Below are positions 32,199 to 36,945 of a stretch of DNA of 36,945 nt, piece after piece. The notes below the pieces were generated by a model. That model did not search any database, had not been told where the DNA came from, and saw nothing but the letters and a program-made list of their open reading frames with translations. Both the position numbers and the translations under genes were made by a program. Origin of the DNA: Ruminococcus sp. UBA7477 (lineage in GTDB: Bacteria > Bacillota > Clostridia > Oscillospirales > Ruminococcaceae); NCBI GenBank assembly GCA_002479715.1, contig DLOT01000045.1:1-36945 (forward strand). Direction: 5' to 3'. Every line of letters begins with the position of its first letter. Position 1 is the stretch's first letter.

Positions 32199-34463
32199 TC
32201 AGTCATTAATGAACTTCAAAGCCTCAGCCTGAAGCTTGTAAAGCTCGAAGTACTTGCCCTTTTTGCGGATAAGCTCATCATGCGTGCCCTGTTCTTTCAG
32301 CTCTCCGTTTTCTATAACGCACAGCATATCCGCGTCGCGCAGAGTCGAAAGGCGGTGTGCGATCGAAATGATCGTCCTGCCCTTTTTCAGATCATCTATT
32401 GCGGTCTGGATCTTGCGCTCTGTGCGTGTGTCCATAGAGGCCGTCGCCTCGTCGAGAATGAGTATATTCGGCTTTTGAATTATCGCGCGGGCAATAGAGA
32501 TACGCTGCTTTTCGCCACCCGAAAGGCTGACATTTCCCTCACCGACAAGCGTGTTGTAGCCGTCGGGGAGCTTCGCGATAAACTCGTGGGCGTTCGCAGA
32601 CTTAGCCGCCTCGATAACCTCTTCCATGGTCGCGTTCGGGTTTGCATAGCGAATGTTATCCGCGATACTTCCTATAAAAAGATATGTTTCCTGCGAAACA
32701 ATGCCTATATTTCGCCGCAGGTCGGCAAAGGCAAGATCGCGTATCGGGTAGCCGTCAACGGTTATCTCTCCTCCAGTGACATCATACAGCCGCGCTATCA
32801 GATTGATTATAGTCGACTTGCCGGCGCCCGTTTTTCCGACAATGCCGTACATTTTTCCTGCCTCGACCTTGAGAGATATGTTTTTGATAACCGGTATTCC
32901 CGCCTCATACTCGAATGTGACGTTTTTAAGCTCAATATCTCCCCGAAGCTCTTTTACCTCAGCCGGATGCTCGCTTTCCTTTACAGTCGGCTCAGAATCT
33001 ATTATCTCAAACATTCTCGAAGCCGCGTCTATGCATCTTGCCCAGCGGTCACCTATCCAAGTAAAGAAGTTTATCGGCTCGTATGTCATAGTAGTGTATG
33101 AAACCAGAGCCGTCAGCGCACCGAACTTTATATCGCCGCTGATCACCATAAATGCTCCGAGACAGAATACCGTCTGATTTATGACCCTGCATACAGACCA
33201 AATAAACGGGACCGTGTTAGCCGCCCGGCTGTTGATTCTGACGCTGATCTCAAACGCCGAGGTGTTCCTCGCATTGAATCTCCGCGACTCCTCTTCCTCG
33301 CGCGCAAACGCTTTAACGACCCTTTGCCCGTTCATAACATCCGAAAGGACCGAGTTTGCCGCCCTGGTCGCAATATCCGCCTTGCGGTAAAGCTTTCGCT
33401 GATTGCGGTAAAACCTGTGCTGAACAATATGAATTATAAAAAGCGTGAGGATCGAGCCTATCGCCAGAACCGGACTTATGACTGTCATTATCGCCGCGAT
33501 GCCCACAAGCTTGACAAGATTCGTCATTCCGTAAGGAACAACATCCGTAAAAAACCAGTAGATATTCTGACTGTCCCTGTCCACCCTTGACATCAGGCTT
33601 CCCGTCTGTTTGCTTGTAAAAAAGTCCAGCGACAGATTTTGCAGTGACGCAAATATCTTCACTCTCAGCTTGTGAGTGACCATCGGCGTGATCCTTGACG
33701 TGATTATTCCCGACACGACTCTCACGGTCATCGAGAGCAGATCGACTAGCACGATCAGTCCGACAATAAGGACTATCTGTCCGTAAAACCGTCCGTCTTT
33801 GTCCAGAACGTCATCGTAAAACATCTTAGAGCCGAAAATAGGTGCTGCAACGCTCAGCGCACTGCTCATCGCGATAGTCAGAACGATAAGAAAAGCCTCC
33901 AGCTTGAAATCGCGGAACATTCCCATAAGCCGTCTGAAAATACTGTGTTTATCCACACAGTAAGGACATACGGGTCTGTTCGGATCCGGAAAATGCTCTC
34001 CGCACACCGGACAGACAAGCTTTTTCGATTCAAGCAGACGGTCGTCGATAGGCTCTCCGTTCTTGGTCTGGTTGACCCTCTGACAAAACTTTTCAAACTT
34101 ATCCGAAAAGCCGAGCGAAAACCGCGCGACGGAAAATTCCTCGCCGCTTTCCCTCTCTGCCATCAGTCTTGCCGTGTTCTGATATCGGTCTACATAAAGT
34201 CTTTTTATGTCCTTTAATCGGTACTCCTCAAAGCCTTTAACCTCAAATGAAAGCGGCGGAGCCCCACGGCTCTCTTTTTTCTGATACTTCTCATAACCCG
34301 ATATAACATAAACCGTCGATTTGTCAAAGGTTATGTATACGTCAATATAGCAGCCGTCGCCGTCAAGATCGGCCTTGACGCAGTACAAAAGCCCGTCGGT
34401 CATAACGCCGCGCTTCAGAAGCTCCTTCTCAATGGGAGGCTGCAATACATCAAAAAACTTCAA
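32199..34463 (-). CDS. ABC exporter (fused TMD-NBD) with about 190-aa N-terminal cytosolic extension containing a Zn-ribbon
   Basis: CPVCGEHFPDPNRPVCPYCVDK precedes the TMD. Walker A GKTGAGKST, signature LSGGEKQR, Walker B ILILDEATASMD. I favour the TTG start at 34463 (GGGGTGA RBS, product MKFFDVLQ...). The track start at 34526 would read through the upstream terminator. Confidence 0.85.
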   Translation of the reverse strand: MKFFDVLQPPIEKELLKRGVMTDGLLYCVKADLDGDGCYIDVYITFDKSTVYVISGYEKYQKKESRGAPPLSFEVKGFEEYRLKDIKRLYVDRYQNTARLMAERESGEEFSVARFSLGFSDKFEKFCQRVNQTKNGEPIDDRLLESKKLVCPVCGEHFPDPNRPVCPYCVDKHSIFRRLMGMFRDFKLEAFLIVLTIAMSSALSVAAPIFGSKMFYDDVLDKDGRFYGQIVLIVGLIVLVDLLSMTVRVVSGIITSRITPMVTHKLRVKIFASLQNLSLDFFTSKQTGSLMSRVDRDSQNIYWFFTDVVPYGMTNLVKLVGIAAIMTVISPVLAIGSILTLFIIHIVQHRFYRNQRKLYRKADIATRAANSVLSDVMNGQRVVKAFAREEEESRRFNARNTSAFEISVRINSRAANTVPFIWSVCRVINQTVFCLGAFMVISGDIKFGALTALVSYTTMTYEPINFFTWIGDRWARCIDAASRMFEIIDSEPTVKESEHPAEVKELRGDIELKNVTFEYEAGIPVIKNISLKVEAGKMYGIVGKTGAGKSTIINLIARLYDVTGGEITVDGYPIRDLAFADLRRNIGIVSQETYLFIGSIADNIRYANPNATMEEVIEAAKSANAHEFIAKLPDGYNTLVGEGNVSLSGGEKQRISIARAIIQKPNILILDEATASMDTRTERKIQTAIDDLKKGRTIISIAHRLSTLRDADMLCVIENGELKEQGTHDELIRKKGKYFELYKLQAEALKFIND

Positions 34464-34507
34464 ATTATCACCCCAATTTAACAATAGCTTTTGCAGTTTT
34501 TGCACGC

Positions 34508-34542
34508 AAAAAGCGCCCCGATGCAATTAATGCACGGAGCGC
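34508..34542 (-). terminator. intrinsic terminator in the 5' leader of the ABC operon (candidate attenuator)
   Basis: The minus strand reads GCGCTCCGTGCA-TTAAT-TGCATCGGGGCGC (one G-U pair, one bulge), followed by TTTTT. It lies between the leader ORF stop (34565) and the ABC start (34463). Confidence 0.65.
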
Positions 34543-34564
34543 GTCAAAAACAAGGTCAGCAGTT

Positions 34565-34666
34565 TTATACTCTGCCATCAAGCGGACACAAATCGGCATT
34601 AATTAGTTTGCATTTGTTTAATATTCTTATAGCTGCGGAATGCAACTTCAGTCTTGCTGTCATCAT
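34565..34666 (-). CDS. candidate 33-codon leader peptide (MMTARLKLHSAAIRILNKCKLINADLCPLDGRV)
   Basis: My own translation. AAAGGAGTGGGC precedes ATGATG. It sits between the promoter and the leader terminator and is too short for the ORF track. Confidence 0.4.
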   Translation of the reverse strand: MMTARLKLHSAAIRILNKCKLINADLCPLDGRV

Positions 34667-34722
34667 GCCCACTCCTTTCTTAAAAATTTGCGTATTATAC
34701 GCCAAAACATTCTGACCCGTAT

Positions 34723-34751
34723 ATTATAAACCCTAATAATTATTCTGTCAA
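34723..34751 (-). promoter_or_regulatory. sigma-A type promoter for the leader and ABC-DUF1854-ABC operon
   Basis: The minus strand reads TTGACA (34751..34746), 17 nt, TATAAT (34728..34723). The palindrome GCGTAT-A-ATACGC lies just downstream (34691..34703). Confidence 0.5.
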
Positions 34752-34820
34752 GTATTTTTTATAAATTTTTCTTCTATTATTTTTATTATTAAAAATCCCT
34801 CCCGACAGATTGTTAATCTG

Positions 34821-34849
34821 TTGACAAATGCTCTCGTATGCTGTAAAAT
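34821..34849 (+). promoter_or_regulatory. sigma-A type promoter for aconitase
   Basis: TTGACA (34821..34826), 17 nt, TAAAAT (34844..34849). Confidence 0.5.
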
Positions 34850-34887
34850 ATAGTTGTATAGATTTTGTATGAAGGGAACTGATAAAT

Positions 34888-36828
34888 ATGGGACTTACAC
34901 TTACCGAGAAAATCCTTAAGGCTCATGTCGTTGACGGCGAATTTGTCAAAGGGAAGGAAATCGGCATCAGGATCGACCAGACACTGACACAGGACGCTAC
35001 AGGAACCATGGCCTATATCGAATTTGAGGCTATGGGCGTTCCGAGGGTCAGGACTGAACGCTCGGTCGCATACATAGACCACAACACCTTGCAGTCAGGC
35101 TTTGAAAATGCCGACGATCACCGCTTCATCGGCTCTGTTGCCAAAAAACACGGAATTTATTTTTCACGTCCGGGCAACGGAATATGCCATCAGGTCCACC
35201 TCGAACGCTTCGGTATCCCGGGAAAGACTCTCATAGGTTCCGACAGCCACACACCGACAGGCGGCGGCATCGGAATGATAGCGATCGGCGCCGGCGGTCT
35301 TGATGTTGCCGTGGCAATGGGCGGCGGCGCATACTATATCACCTACCCCAAGATAGTGAAAATAAACCTCACAGGCAAGCTTGCTCCTTGGGTTTCGGCA
35401 AAAGACGTTATCCTCGAGGTTCTGCGCATAATGTCGGTCAAGGGGGGCGTCGGAAAGGTCATCGAGTATTGCGGAGAGGGTGTAAAGACCCTTTCTGTTC
35501 CCGAAAGAGCAACAATAACCAATATGGGCGCCGAGCTGGGCGCAACGACGTCTGTCTTCCCCTCCGATGAGGTCACTCTCGATTTTCTAAAGGCACAGGA
35601 CAGAGCCTCCGATTGGACAGAGCTTAAAGCCGATGATGACGCCGTTTACGACGAGGTTCTGGATATCGACCTTTCAAAGGTCGTTCCTCAGGCTGCCTGC
35701 CCCCATTCTCCCGATAATGTCAAGACCTTCGAGGAGATCGGCACACTTAAAATAGACCAGGTCTGCATCGGCTCCTGCACCAATTCGTCTTATATGGACA
35801 TGATGAAGGTAGCGCATATCCTCCGCGGAAAAACAGTAAACCCCGGAGTTTCTCTCGCTATAGCCCCCGGATCTAAGCAAGTCCTCAATATGCTTGCAAG
35901 CAACGGCGCATTGGCCGCAATGATCGATGCCGGCGCAAGGATCCTTGAGTCTGCCTGCGGTCCCTGCATAGGCATGGGTCAATCCCCCAACTCAAAGGGA
36001 GTTTCGCTGAGAACCTTCAACCGCAACTTTGAAGGCCGAAGCGGAACAAAGGACGGACAGATCTATCTTGTTTCTCCGGAAACTGCCGCAGCTTCCGCCC
36101 TCACCGGCTACCTGACTGATCCGCGCACGCTGGGAGAAATGCCACGTATCAATATGCCGGCTCAGTTTATGATAAACGACAATATGGTAGAGCCGCCGGC
36201 TCCGGAATCCGAAATGGAAAGCGTTGAGATCCTGCGCGGACCTAACATCAAGGAATACCCCGAAACCGCACCGCTGTTAGACAGCATTGAGTGCGCTGTT
36301 TCTCTCAAGGTTGGAGATAACATCACCACCGACCACATCATGCCCGCCGGCGCAAAGATCCTGCCGCTGCGTTCCAATATTCCGGCGATCTCGCAGCACT
36401 GCTTCACCGTCTGCGATGAAGATTTCCCGAGAAGAGCCAAAAATCTCGGCAGATCAATTATTGTCGGAGGATCTAACTACGGTCAAGGCTCCTCCCGTGA
36501 ACACGCCGCGCTCGCGCCGCTTTATCTGGGTGTCAAGGCTGTACTCGTTAAAAGCTTTGCGCGTATCCACAGGGCAAACCTCATAAACGCGGGTATCCTG
36601 CCCCTGACCTTCGTTAATGAAGCAGATTATGACAAGATCGGTCAGGGCGACGATATCGCACTTGACGGTATCCGCCGGGCTATCATTGACGGAAAAACCG
36701 AGCTTATCCTCGTCAACAGATCGAAAAATGCGGAGATCCCGGTTCTCTGCGAGCTGACGGGACGTACAAAGGACATCATCCTTGCAGGTGGACTTCTTGA
36801 CTATACAAGAGAGCAGCTTGGCAAGTGA
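34888..36828 (+). CDS. aconitate hydratase (short, about 640-aa type)
   Basis: 646 aa. GSDSHTPTGGGIGMIAIGAGG, Fe-S cysteines in CIGSCTNSS and CGPCIGMG, and the swivel domain GGSNYGQGSSREHAA. Confidence 0.93.
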   Translation: MGLTLTEKILKAHVVDGEFVKGKEIGIRIDQTLTQDATGTMAYIEFEAMGVPRVRTERSVAYIDHNTLQSGFENADDHRFIGSVAKKHGIYFSRPGNGICHQVHLERFGIPGKTLIGSDSHTPTGGGIGMIAIGAGGLDVAVAMGGGAYYITYPKIVKINLTGKLAPWVSAKDVILEVLRIMSVKGGVGKVIEYCGEGVKTLSVPERATITNMGAELGATTSVFPSDEVTLDFLKAQDRASDWTELKADDDAVYDEVLDIDLSKVVPQAACPHSPDNVKTFEEIGTLKIDQVCIGSCTNSSYMDMMKVAHILRGKTVNPGVSLAIAPGSKQVLNMLASNGALAAMIDAGARILESACGPCIGMGQSPNSKGVSLRTFNRNFEGRSGTKDGQIYLVSPETAAASALTGYLTDPRTLGEMPRINMPAQFMINDNMVEPPAPESEMESVEILRGPNIKEYPETAPLLDSIECAVSLKVGDNITTDHIMPAGAKILPLRSNIPAISQHCFTVCDEDFPRRAKNLGRSIIVGGSNYGQGSSREHAALAPLYLGVKAVLVKSFARIHRANLINAGILPLTFVNEADYDKIGQGDDIALDGIRRAIIDGKTELILVNRSKNAEIPVLCELTGRTKDIILAGGLLDYTREQLGK

Positions 36829-36848
36829 TCAGATTCAGGTAATTTACA

Positions 36849-36945
36849 ATGAAAATCAGGCATTTTGATACTATTGAGCAGGAACGGGAATACAACGTCA
36901 AAAAGAGGCTGAGAAGAAACAATGCCATCGCGCTGATCATCATTC
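36849..36945 (+). CDS. hypothetical protein, N-terminal fragment (runs off the window end)
   Basis: My own translation gives MKIRHFDTIEQEREYNVKKRLRRNNAIALIII..., a basic stretch followed by the start of a hydrophobic helix. The RBS is weak and only 32 codons are visible. Confidence 0.3.
   Translation, partial: MKIRHFDTIEQEREYNVKKRLRRNNAIALIII

Overview
This window looks like a chromosomal segment from a Firmicute, probably Clostridia. That call rests only on gene content and Shine-Dalgarno-type RBSs. I saw no rRNA, tRNA or CRISPR array.

Gene content, left to right:
- 1..~5438: a decayed fragment of a conjugative or integrative element. It carries topoisomerase III, an Rpn/PDDEXK-family nuclease, a truncated C5 DNA methyltransferase, an XF1762-like small acyltransferase-fold gene and small membrane-anchored proteins. 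It ends abruptly inside a 5'-truncated GH31 glycosidase gene.
- A sugar locus: a hybrid sensor kinase with two solute-binding domains, and a GH13 alpha-glucosidase.
- A YdcF/DUF218 gene and a GntR-ABC-ABC2-ABC2-CPBP operon.
- A DUF975/CmpB-type membrane protein, a MutS-domain-V paralogue and a sodium:alanine symporter.
- A TPP riboswitch with thiT, and a YitT-family gene.
- A long minus-strand array: Lrp, aminotransferase, ispE, PflX-type radical SAM; a VOC protein; ABC, DUF1854, ABC.
- Aconitase.

Most unusual observations:
1. Two copies of a compact module (16063..16732 and 24563..25422) have near-identical flanks and different cargo ORFs. The 5' flank holds a 22-nt end repeat, a hairpin and a consensus promoter. 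The 3' flank holds stops in all three frames, a hairpin and the inverted copy of the end repeat. Both copies sit between convergent housekeeping genes. No recombinase lies next to either copy.
2. A 33-codon leader ORF with a strong SD, followed by an intrinsic terminator, precedes the ABC-DUF1854-ABC operon. Both ABC proteins in that operon carry N-terminal cytosolic extensions with a Zn-ribbon.

All family assignments come from motif recognition by eye. None has been confirmed by a database search.
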